Assembly (NCBI GenBank): GCA_002269645.1
Contig: NIVC01001980.1
Location: 1 to 64,000 of the forward strand
Direction: 5' to 3'
Source: Macrostomum lignano
Lineage: Eukaryota
Length of the DNA stretch: 64,000 nucleotides
Part shown: positions 26,500-38,500 of the stretch, piece by piece
How the letters are laid out: every line of letters begins with the position of its first letter
Position numbering within the stretch: position 1 is the first letter of the stretch
The notes under the pieces: model-generated
Told to the model about the DNA's origin: nothing
Database searches by the model: none
The model's input: only the letters and a program-made list of their open reading frames with translations
Position numbers and translations under genes: made by a program

Positions 26500-26880
26500 A
26501 CTCACTGCTTATCCCTCAGTGACTCCGGACTTATCCCTCAGTGACTCTCAGTGCTTATCCCTCAGTAACTGACTCTCAGTGCTTATCCCTCAGTGACTCT
26601 CGGTGCTTATCCCTCAGTGACTCTCAGTGCTTATCCCTCAGTAACTGACTCTCAGTGCTTATCCCTCAGTGACTCTCGGTGCTTATCCCTCAGTGATTCT
26701 CAGTGCTTATCCCTCAGTGACTGACTCTCAGTGCCTATCCCTCAGTGACTCTCAATGCTTATCCCTCAGTGACTCTCACTGCTTATCCCTCAGTGACTCT
26801 GAAGGCTACAACTCAGTGACTCTTAGTGCTCAGCCCATAGTGACTCTCAGTGCTACCCTCAGTGACTCTCAGTGTTCAGC
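26500..26880. repeat. 24-bp minisatellite 3' of CEPT1
   Basis: Unit cagtgactctcagtgcttatccct. Confidence 0.9.
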
Positions 26881-27036
26881 GTCAGCTTCAGTGAGACTGG
26901 GATCTCTAGAGCACCAGAGGCTACTACTCCCCTCCGCACCTGCGTCCTATCTCATCAATAAAAAGTCGGCCTCCAAACCAGACTCAACAGCTAGTGGTCC
27001 TTGGAATCGCCCGATAACAAGCGGACAAAGCGTTAT

Positions 27037-29761
27037 TTAAGAAATTCGCAGCACTTGAACGCCCAGATAAGCTGCAATCTGGCGGCACACCCGGCCAGAA
27101 TATACGGCGCAGTCAGCAGCCGCGGCGACCGACACCCCCCAGCCAACTTGGCCTTCGGTCAGGCCGAGCCACCAATGACCGACGCCGATGCCAACTGCCA
27201 GCAGGGCCGGCCAGACTAGGCAGAGGTCCAGAGTTCGAATCGATGACCGGGTCATCTGGGCTATGATCAATCGTTGGCAGGTTTTCACAGCCGGGGCGCC
27301 CAGAGCGAATGCCAGCAGGCAGGGGTGGCGATGCAGCGCGCCGGTGGAGACCGCGGCGCCGGCGGCAGCTGCCGACAGAAGCGACAGGGCCAGCCAGGCC
27401 AGGCCGGGCCCGAGGCGCCCGCTGCCGGCTACGCTGAGACCGCCGGGCGTCGCCACGGAGACGGTCAGGCGGCACACAAGAGGAGCCGAGGCCAGGACGG
27501 TGGAGATCGGCTGGAGAAATGGGGAATTGAATGTGAACTCTGTGACTCTCAGTGCTTATCCCTGTGACTCTCAGTGCTTATCCCTGTGACTCTCAGTGCT
27601 TATCCCTGTGACTCTCAGTGCTTATCCCTCAGTGCTTATCCCTGTGACTCTCAGTGCTTATCCTTCAGTGCTTATCCCTGTGACTCTTAGTGCTTATCCC
27701 TGTGACTCTCAGTGCTTATCCCTCAGTGCTTATCCCATCCCTAAGTGACTCTCATGCTTATATTTGTGACTCTTAGTGCTTATCCCTCAGTGACTCTCAG
27801 TGCTTATCTCTGACTCTCAGTGCTTATCCTTCAGCGACTCTCAGTGCTTATCCTTCAGCGACTCTCACTGCTTATCCCTCAGTGACTCTCAGTGCTTATC
27901 CCCGCGACTCTCAGTACTTGTACCTCAGTGACTCTCAGTGCTTATCCCTGACTCTCAGCACGTATCCCTCAGTGAACTGGAGCTTAGCCCTAAATTAGCC
28001 ACTCACTGCTGCTGTCTATTTAGCTGTGCACTAACCGCAGCCAACTCTGCTTAACCAGCCCAATCCAAGACCCGCGCTAACCAGGCAGTGCCGGACCCGC
28101 AGCCAGGGCAGGCCAGCCGCCGGCTGCAAGTCCCAAACGCCGACGCCAGCGAATGCAGTGGCCAAAAAGACGGCCATGGCAGCCGCTTGAGCTTCGGTGA
28201 CGTCAACAAGGCCGAATTGCAGGCGGCCGCTGTTATAGCCGAGCCAGTGGGCGGCGTAGAACACAGTCTGGGCGGCGCCGATCATGAATAGCAACAGGTG
28301 GGGCTCCTCGCCGAAGCCCGCGGCAATGCAGACGCACAGGCACAGCAGCAGGGTGTTGGCCGCGTCGCAGCCGTGATCGAACAGCTCGCCTAGGGGGCTG
28401 GCCGTGCCCGTTCTGCGATTAGTGAGGGGGGGGGCAAAAGGTGAGGTCTTTAGCTTCCTTGGGATAGGGGTATTTAAACTCATCAGGATCTGATTGTCTA
28501 GAGGCTCATAGAGACCGGGATCTTCAGACTCCTGAGCATCATTGAAACTATCTGAGACTCTCCAAAAGAAGTCCAAAGAGCTGCAAGGAGGCTAGATCTA
28601 CAGACACAAAAGAGTCTCAATAATAATAATCTACAGACACAAAAGAGCCTCAACAATAATGGGATCTACAGACACAAAAGTCTCAATAATAATAGGATCT
28701 ACAGGCACAAAAGAGCCTCAACAATAATGGTATCTACAGACACAAAAGAGTCTCAATAATAATAATCTACAGACACAAAATAGTCTCAATAATAATGGGA
28801 TCTACAGACACAAAAGAGCCTCAATAATACTGGGATCTACAGACACAAAAGAGCCTCAACAATAATGGGATCTACAGACACAAAGAGTCTCAATAATACT
28901 GGGATCTACAGACACAAAAGAGCCTCAATAATACTGGGATCTACAGACACAAAAGAGCCTCAACAATAATGGGATCTACAGACACAAGAGCCTCAACAAT
29001 AATGGGATCTACAGACACAAAAGAGCCTCAACAATAATGGGATCTACAGACACAAAAAGCCTAAAAAATACTGGGATCTGCAGACACAAAAGAGCTATAA
29101 TGACACTTGGATCTGCAGACAGAAAAAAAGCTACGAGACTGGGATCTACAGACACACAAAGCCTCAATAATACTGGGATCTGCAGACACAAAAGAGCTAT
29201 AATGACACTTGGATCTGCAGACAGAAAAAAAGCTACGAGACTGGGATCTACAGACACACAAAGCGGCCAAAGCCTCAATAATACTGGGATCTGCAGACAC
29301 AAAAGAGCTATAATGACACTTGGATCTGCAGACAGAAAAAAAGCTACGAGATTGGGATCTACAGACACACAAAGCCTCAATAATACTGGGATCTACAAAG
29401 CCTTGAAAGCCACTGACCTCCGCGCCTGTTTCCCATCGAGAGCGTCAAGAGTCTGATAGCTGAACAGGGCGGCAGCGGCATAGAGGCACAGCCAGGCTGG
29501 TGGATTCTGCCTGGCATCTGGGCAGAGCCACAGCATGAGGCCGGCACTGCTGGCATTGAAGGCCAAACCAGTTAGGGTCAGCGCATTGGGGGCGGCCCGC
29601 ATGGGCACCAGGCAGAGCAGGCGGCGCCAAAGTGGCTGCATGACAATCTCCAGCAAGGAACTGCCGCAGGCATTGTACTTGTGCTGGGTGAGACGGCGAA
29701 GCTGACGCTCAATCAGTGGACCAGCAATGAAACGACGAGAAGGTGATGAAGGCGAAGGCAT
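27037..29761 (-). CDS. CEPT1: Choline/ethanolamine phosphotransferase (CDP-alcohol phosphatidyltransferase), 3 exons
   Basis: Exons 29761-29418, 28412-~28040 and 27510-27037; the exon 2/3 junction is uncertain. The CDP-alcohol motif DALDGKQARR|TGTASPLGELFDHGCD is joined in phase across intron 1. Other matches: HKY, APNALTLTG, FGLVDVTE, HPCL and CRQIAAYL. Confidence 0.9.
27540..27975. repeat. 22-24-bp minisatellite in CEPT1 intron 2 (same family as 26500-26880)
   Basis: Unit gtgactctcagtgcttatccct. Confidence 0.9.
28590..29395. repeat. 35-bp minisatellite grading into a 102-bp trimer, CEPT1 intron 1
   Basis: Unit gggatctacagacacaaaagagcctcaataatact. From ~29070 a 102-bp three-monomer unit repeats three times. 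Confidence 0.92.
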
Positions 29762-30499
29762 TTTTGTCTACTTGTGCTGCAGACAATACTTCGCTTTAAA
29801 TTTGCCTCAAGCAGCGGGGTCAGGGTGGAGAGGCCACTGAAAAATACACAAAGTATATTTTAGCTGACTGCTCTAACAACACACTTCAACTCGTTTTTTA
29901 GAACTGTCAGTTTTAATAAAGAATTTTGTCACTGTTTAAAACCAATCCAAGGTAAAAAAATAACTTTGTGTGATCTGTTACTTTAATTTCAATTTTCAAT
30001 AGAAATATGCAAGTTTAATTTTGATTAATTATACATTGTATAATAAAATTAAGTAGAGTGAAATATTAGCCTAACTTTTTTTAGTTTAAAGTTTTAACAA
30101 CTAGATAAAATATTATCACAAGGCACAATGCAATATTTGCATTAAACTTTGATTCTTATACTACATTTTATTTTAAAATATATCATTTGAAACCTAACTT
30201 GGGCAAAGTTTAAAAATAAATTAACTAAAAAATAAATTTACAAAATGTCTTCAGTGATAATTAAATAATTAAAATTAAAAAAATTCTTCGTATTAAAAAT
30301 GATTAATACTTAATAATTTGAAAAACAAAATAGGGACATGCATTTTAAAAAATATTATTTTCTATTTATATGTAGGCCTACATGTATAATTGTGTGCAGC
30401 TATTTATTTAAATCAATTTCATTTTAAAAGTACTTTATATCTAAAACCCTATATATTTAATCTGCTTGATTTAATATGTAAAATCATTTTTTTGCTTTT

Positions 30500-30908
30500 G
30501 GCAGTTGTTATTGTTATGATGACCGTATAAATAACAAAACGATTATTTTTACGGTTAAGGCATAAGACACTATGCAGGCCTATGGTCTTTACTTAATGTA
30601 ACCATATAAATAGCAAAGTCACTGTAGGTAGGAAGCAAAATGGCTATTTTTACGGTCATTTGTAAGAAATTTCTGTTAAATTACAAGGTAATAGTAACAA
30701 TTACCTAAAGTGAGCTACCATGACAAGAACCACTAGAAGTTACCATGGTATTTATTAATAAAACATTTCTGTATTTTTTTTAAATTTAACCATCATAGTA
30801 TTTGCACAATAAGTTTGTCACTTCATTTAGATAGTATTTGTTTTAAGTATTAACCGTAAAAATAACCGTCTTGCTATTTATATGGTCATTGTAACAATAA
30901 CAACTGCC
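30500..30908. mobile_element. Mutator-like MITE: 59-bp TIRs and 9-bp TSD
   Basis: TIRs 30500-30558 (ggcagttgttattgtt...acggttaa) and 30850-30908. The sequence tttgctttt is duplicated at 30491-30499 and 30909-30917. Confidence 0.8.
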
Positions 30909-32515
30909 TTTGCTTTTTATTTATATTTTGCCATTTCTAATAAAATTTATCATTGAAAAGTACTATAGTCATTAACTATATAAAGTTAAAATATTAGAGC
31001 TGTTAATCAATATAATAGGCTTAGACTCAATTTTAAATTCTATAAAAACTTGAATAACTTGCTTTTTAAATGCTTTCTTATAGTTAGAAGATGTGTCTGA
31101 AAAACTGTTGGCAAAAGTTATATAGGTCATTAGGGGCCTACCCTATACTACCATGGCAATGGCATCTTAGGCATAACCCTAGGCGAATTTTACTTTGAAA
31201 CTTAGTGCTTCGAAAATTGAAAGTAGTTTTATTGGACAATATCTTATAAAAATGTAATTTATAAATAGACCTATCTTCTGACACTATTTTACAACAATTA
31301 AAAATCCATAAAGTTTCTAAAAATGCTATGCTATATATAATATAGCGGCATAGTTCTAGTTTACTTCGTTATATTCCAACCCCCTACCCTTGAATAGAGG
31401 GCGAAATAATTTAATCCAATAAACTAGAACTATGCCAATATAGCTAATATAATTAAATAATAAATTAGAATAATACATATATTTTAAATACTAACAGGCA
31501 TTATATTTTAGTCATGAATACTAAAATAAATTTAATAAACTAATATCCAAAAGGTGCATCATGAAAGTATCTAGATATAACTACTATGCTTATTAATATA
31601 TAATATAACTAAGCTTAGTAATATCACAATGTGACAATTGACATGACATCAAAATCAAAATAATAATTAAGAAGGGGTATGACTCATGAGAAGCTGATGA
31701 GGTTTAATCAATTAAAACCAGCGAGATATTCGTTTTATAAGCTAGGTATAAAAGGCCAACAGCTAGATGCGTTCTATCTTATTACTACTCCGCGGTCGCC
31801 AGCAATAGCTCTAGCAATAGATTTTTAAAACTTGTTGTGCAACTTCCAAAATGAGTGGCTTTTATTTAAACACACTCTTTTTTGCCACTAGAGATGGTCC
31901 AAAAGCGTTTTTTCTTGTCGCCAGAGTCAACGAAAACGGTTAGTTCTATTATGGAGCTTTTGCCGGCGACCACAGAGTACACTATTCCACCTGCATTCCC
32001 ACAATTTAATGTATTTGTGAAAGCTGCGCTTTTCCCAGGCACCTCACATCATTAAAGCGCGAAAGCGCAGCTTTTAACAGGCTAGCCTGGACTTTTTTAA
32101 AGCTTTTTTCCAGCCTAGCCTATTGCCGTCGGGTGACTATTCAGATAAGTTTTGCGCTGGGCCTATGAAGAAGCCTATAGCATATTTAGGTAAGGAAAAT
32201 AATAGTTGTCAAGAGCAATCAGATGATTATGTCAAGGTGCAGTGTATGTTCCCATAAATCGGTCTTTCTAATTTAATTACTTAATTGTTTTAATAGAAGG
32301 TTTATTAAATACATGTTTGTTCGATAAATTTTTTTAAATATTTTCTTTTGATTTACTGACTGCTGTCATGGCGTTGTTATAGATATTTGAAGTTATTCAA
32401 AACTGCGTAACCGAAAGAATTTGGACCTGATACTTTTACTTTTTTGTCGCAATTTATGAAGAAATTGTGACGCACTGACAGTAGCAGTTTCACCTTCCTA
32501 CAGCGAGAGTGAAAC

Positions 32516-35500
32516 ATGGCGAGTGAACTGGAGATAGAAGACAAGCGTGTCTTCTTCCTCGCCGATTATGTGTTGAAGACACTGCGTATGCCAAAGGGAG
32601 ACCGCTGGCAGAAAATGTATCAACTAGAGGACCAGCGCATAATCATTCACGACTTTCTGGATAAGAACGACAATATGCAGCTTTTTATCGTTGCAACTCC
32701 ATCTGGAGGTCTACAAGCGCAGTACAACACCCCAAACCTCCTGAAGTCAAAAGGCTGCTTCTTTTTTCGAAAGGGAAAAGAGGCGATCGGAAAGGACACC
32801 CAGTTGGCCAAAGTCCTCACATATGGAGACTTGTCATACAACCCGCTCGACCAGTTCGCTGGTTTTGTTGATGAGGTAAGATGAAATTGTTATATTATAT
32901 GGTCTTTTTTGATACAAGCCTGTTGTTACAAGCCGATGAGGCTCTCAGAAATTCAAGGATGAAAACTAGTATTTTCTCAAAAATTCCTATTATAGGTTCT
33001 CCTCCCGGTGCTGTCAAACGAGAAGAACAATGGAGCATGGCCCTACGTGGTCTCACAAGACATTATAAAGCAGATCCACCAACTGAAGCAGCACACTGAA
33101 GTGATTCTAGGCCACTCTCAGGGCAAGACGCACCTTCCAATGCCTGTTGGAGGCGAGAAGATCGACGAAGAGAACGAAAAACTAAAGCAATCCAGCCCGC
33201 CGGCTGGAGAAGGAGATGTAGAAGCGGAGGCGGAGATCGAACAAGGGTACGCTTGTGTTACAGATAAATGACAATACAGTACAAGTGTTGTACCCAGTGT
33301 ATGTATCGAATAAGACAGTTTCTCATACGAGCAGACCACGCTAATAAGCCATATGCCAACAACATTTACAGAATGCCGAAGGCCACTCCTGACATTGACT
33401 GGAGCCTTGTCTATGCAATCGAGACTGTGGTGATCGACTGGACGCACCAGATCCACGAGATCCTGAAGAAGGACTCCGCGCAGGAACTACTAGAGGGAAA
33501 GAATCCCTTGCCGGCCACGGAGATTAGTTTCTGGAGCAGGAAGTCTTCAAATCTGGAGTACGTGTACGAGCAGGTAAACAAATCTCAACTTTAGCTTGCT
33601 ACCTAAAATTAAATCCTACTAAGGTAAAATGACGCTTTTCCAACCGAGCCACTCTTGACCGCAGCTCTCAATGCCTTAGAATGCTTTTTGAGCTTTTAAA
33701 AATCCATCTTCAATGATTAAAATATTGAAACATTTTTCATTCTCAGCTGACAAGCAGCAAAGTGCAGAAGATGGGCCACATCCTGGAGGCCGTCAACAGC
33801 TCGTACTCGCCGCCGTTCAAAGACATGTTTCGCAGCGTGGTTGCGTCCCTGCACGAAGCTCAGGACATCAGCTTGCATTTGAAGCCGCTGAACGACTTCC
33901 TTTCCGACCTGGAACAGGCTGAGTTCGACGAATGCCAGAAGCAGATCGGCCCCGTGTTCCATGTTTTGTGCCTCATCTGGGCGAACAGCAAGTACTACCG
34001 TGTGCCCGCCAGGATCATTGTCCTGCTGCAGGAGATCTGCAACCTGTTCATCAAGATGGTAAGCTTTATTTAAATTTGTAGATGGCGATGTTTCACTCCT
34101 GGGGCCTTGTAATTAGACTGAATTGACTCATTAACGACTCAAATTCCAGTGCCGCGACTTCCTTGACCCGAACGAAGTCTTCAAAGGCGAAGTCGAAGAG
34201 ACTGTGGTCAGAGTGAAGAAAGCCCTGACAATCCTGCACACCTTCAAGAGCACATTCGAAGAGTACAGGGGAAAAGTGAAAGAATACTTCAAGGAAGGCG
34301 AGCCAATGGAGTGGGACTTTGCCAACACCCTGGTCTTTGCGCGCTATGACGCTTTTGTAGAGCGCGTATCCATGGTAGCCGACATCATGGACACGGCGGT
34401 CGAGTTCCTCAAGCTCGAGAAGGTTGAATACGGCGGCATGAAGGGCCGAGGCCTCAGCAAACTCACTATGGACATCTTCGAGGAGTTCAACAACCACTAC
34501 AAGGTTTTTAGCGACAAGAGCTACGACGTCCTGGACCCGCTGAACAAGGAGTTCATGGACGACTACAATTACTTCCACCAGCAGATTGAAGACATTGACA
34601 GGCGCCTGGCCTCCATCGTGTGCCAGGCGTTCGACGACTGCTCGGGACCCGAGTCTGCATTCAGGGTGAGCCGTCCGAGAATACTGGTTTTTTAAATGCT
34701 GCTTTTACTGATTAATTGTATCGTTCATTTAGGGCACGACACGCGGTAATTCTTGTACGCTCGTTAAATATTTCAACCGGATGATTTCTCATCGATTAAT
34801 CAATTTTCAGCTCATCGACATTCTCTCGACGCTGGTGGAACGGCCGCTAATCAAAGCGGAATTCGACCAGAAGTACCCGCTGCTGATCAAGATGCTGGAC
34901 AGGGAGATGGACAACGCCAAAGAGATCTACGACGATCAGATGAAGCGCATCGAGGAGACCAGCTTCGCCATGGTGCACAAGAATGTGCCTCAGGTGACTG
35001 GCAGGCTGAAGTGGGCCGGGGAGCTGCGACAGCGTATTACTGTGCCCATGGACAACTTGAAGCACGTTGAGCATCCGTGAGTATAGACTCTTCTGTTTGC
35101 TTTGTTTAAATGAAGATACAGCCAGCGAAATTCTAATATGAGATGAATATGGAATTTAAAAACTTGCACAGGAACTGCAAGTGCGACTACGTTAAGTAAG
35201 ATCGGCTGCGAGTCAGAAACAAATTTTTCTAGAGTATCCGCTTTCTATGTTGCCCGATTTATTAATTTGAACTCCTTCCTCAAGCTTTGAGCCCCATCAT
35301 TCTCAGTGCCACTCTCTCTCCTGAATTTTTTTGTTTATCCACTTCAGTTTTTTTCCTTAATTATAGCGATTCGAAATGACGGGTGCGGAACTGACTGTGG
35401 CTCAGTTGCTATGCAATCAGCGATGCACTCGTGGGTCTGGACAAGTGACTTTTTGCTTTCGCGAACCATCCTAGCACCCACCTGCAGCCTGTGACCATGC

Positions 35501-38500
35501 ATGTCAGCAGAATTTTTTTGTTCAGAAACCTTGAGCACATATTTGGCTTCTCATCCTCTATTTTCAGTGCCCTGGAGCAGTGAGTTATGCTCATATTGAA
35601 CCACCTGAATAACTAGCTTGACTAACCCTAGATTTTCTAATACAAGCTTTTTATATTAACATAAACCATTAGCGCATGGTATGATGTTAGCAGATTACTT
35701 GCTTGGCTTGCCGAATGCAACTCATTTTAGCATAATCAATCAATCAATCAAACAACCCAGCATGTCAACCGCATGTGATTACTGTGTACTAATGTATTCC
35801 AGCCTGGATCAGTCTGCTAGTGAAATCCACCTGCCAGTGAGCTACTGCCAGCACTGGATAATGGAGAGGTCTGACTGAAATTCACGCTATGAAATCGAAC
35901 TGACTATTTCACTTCAGACAGATTAGAGCAGTGGTTAGAGCACTAAATCTCACATTTTTACGAGCTATAAACAGTAACGCTTGATACGTCATGTAAAATC
36001 AGTTCTTTCCCTGACGCTATTTTTGTAGCTTTTTTGCTAACATTGATCCTACATTCTGAGTTAAGATTTAAGATCGATCTTAATTTGTCTCAAGGGTTTG
36101 TGTAATTTGACAAAGTCAAAATTACATTTTTTTTCGGGTGCAGTGATTCACTGTTAATGATTTTAAGTTACAACAGTTCTCACTTCGTCCGTAACACCAC
36201 GAGAATAAAACAAAAAAGAAGAACGTATCGCCGCAAAGAATTCAATTTTTATAAAAATCATTCCATTTAAAACAAACATTCCAGAGCAATCGAAAGCGAG
36301 GATGCTCAACTTGTCAAGAGAAAGTACGAGCAGCTCCTGATACTTCTGGATGAGTAAGTAAAATTTAGCAAACAAAATAACCAATGTGCCTTCAAGCGAT
36401 GGAGTGTCACAAATCATATTTTAACCCGCACCGAAATACTTTGCTGCAGGTTCCAGAACCGCGCCTTCCAAGAATGGGTCAGCGGCGTCGACCAGAGCTG
36501 CTCCGAGAATCTCAGCCAGCCGTTGATCGTTCGCGACGAGCTCACAAAGCTGATTGCTGTCAACTTCGATCCCAAGGTAAGTTCAATTGAGAAAATTGGC
36601 TGTACTCTTGCATTGAAAAGCTGAACCGCAACAAGCTGCACGCCAACTCTCATTGAAACAGCTCATTGCCGTCCTGCGCGAGGTGAAGTATCTGCACCTG
36701 CGCTCCGACACTGCTCCAGAAGACGATAAGCCGCAGGAGACAGCTCCGGCTGCGGCCGAGGATCTGTACTCAAAGAACGACACGCTCAGAGAGCACATCA
36801 TCAATCTCAACATGACCGTGCAGTGGTACAACTATGTCCGCGAGAACACACTCGAGGTTGAGATGCCGCTAATTGAAGATCAGCTGGCTGAGATCGACAA
36901 AAAGCTCGAACAGGCGGAGACCAGCCTCAACTGGAATGGCGAAAGTAAGTCTTGCTTCGAATGTGATTCCGGAATATGATTTGATCAATTTTTGATTTGA
37001 ACTCACAAGTAGCGTCAAAGCGAAAATATGAATTTCAAATTGCAGTCACAGCGTACATCCAGGAAGTCAAGGATGCTGTTCATGATCTGCAGAAACGAGT
37101 GGTGCAGGCCAAGGATAACGTCGAAAAGATTGTGAAGCTAATGAGCACGTGGCACAAGGTGCCTCTGTTTGAGAGAAAGGAAGGCAAGCACGAGACCTTG
37201 CTCAACCTGGACGATCGGAAAGACCGTCTCGAGAAGCGCAAGAATGAGATCTCCGAGCAGGGACAGCAGATTCACGCTTTATTGAAGGAAAATCTGGAGT
37301 TGTTTAAGGCCACGGACAGCACTGACGAATGGAAAGCGTACGTCGACTACGTAGATGAAAAGGTACTAGACGAGTTCATCACACTCATTATGTGCTCGCT
37401 GAAGTTCCTGAGCGAGCAGACAGTCGACAGGCAGGGCAACACGCCACTGTTCATGGCCTTCATGGAGCTGAAGCGGCCCAATGTTGTGTTCGATCCGGCA
37501 CTTGACAAAGATCAGGCGGATGGCTTCTTCGAGCTGATGGACAGCATTACCACCGACATCTACCGGCAAGCGTCCTACATTCCGCGTCTGGCTGCGCACA
37601 GCGGGCACGAGCACTACCAGCAGGAAATGGAAGACAACGATGAGCTGCAGGCTGTACGCACCGAGATCATGGAACGGGTGGAGCGAATCATGCAGAAAGC
37701 CATGGAGTACAAGAGCAGCTTCGACACCTATGCTTACTTGTGGGTGGAGGATCGTGAAGAGTTCAAGAACCAGTTCCTCAAGTATGGCCACGTCCTTACA
37801 CCTGAGGAGATTGATGCGCACGGAGAGGATGGAGTCCCGGAGAGCAAGCCAACGCTGGAGCAGTTCAAGGAGCAGATCGACCACTACGAGACCATATACG
37901 AAGAAGTTGAAAAGATTGAGCGAACTGTTGTGCTTGAGACTTGGTTCAGGATTGATTCGTCGAAGTTCAAGCAAGCGCTACTGAACGAGATCAAACGTTG
38001 GTCTCTTATGTTTAAGCAGCATCTTATCGACAGCGTTACAAAGGCACTGGATGAACTGGAGCAGTTCATCAAGGAAACTGATGCTGGTCTGTCAAAGGAG
38101 CTGGAGGAGGGCGACTACGATGGACTAGTGGCTGTCATGCACCACCTGATGCGCGTCAAGGAGCGGCAGTCGGAGACAGATGAGATGTTTGAGCCTCTAA
38201 AGCAGAAAATCGAACTGCTGAAGACGTACAACCAGGAAATGGACGAATCTGTGTATCGCCAGCTAGAAGTGCTGCCAGAAAAGTGGAACAACACTAAGAA
38301 GATTGCGATTACAGTGAAGCAGCAAGTCGGCCCACTGCAGACCAACGAGATTCAGAAGATCAAGCGCACTGCGTCTGAGTTTGACGTTCAGCAGCACAGC
38401 TACCGCGAGCAGTTCCGCAAGATTGGGCCATTCCAGTACTCGTGCCCTAATTCGTACGACGAGCTGGATGCTAAGAACAAAGAGATTGGAGACATGGAGA

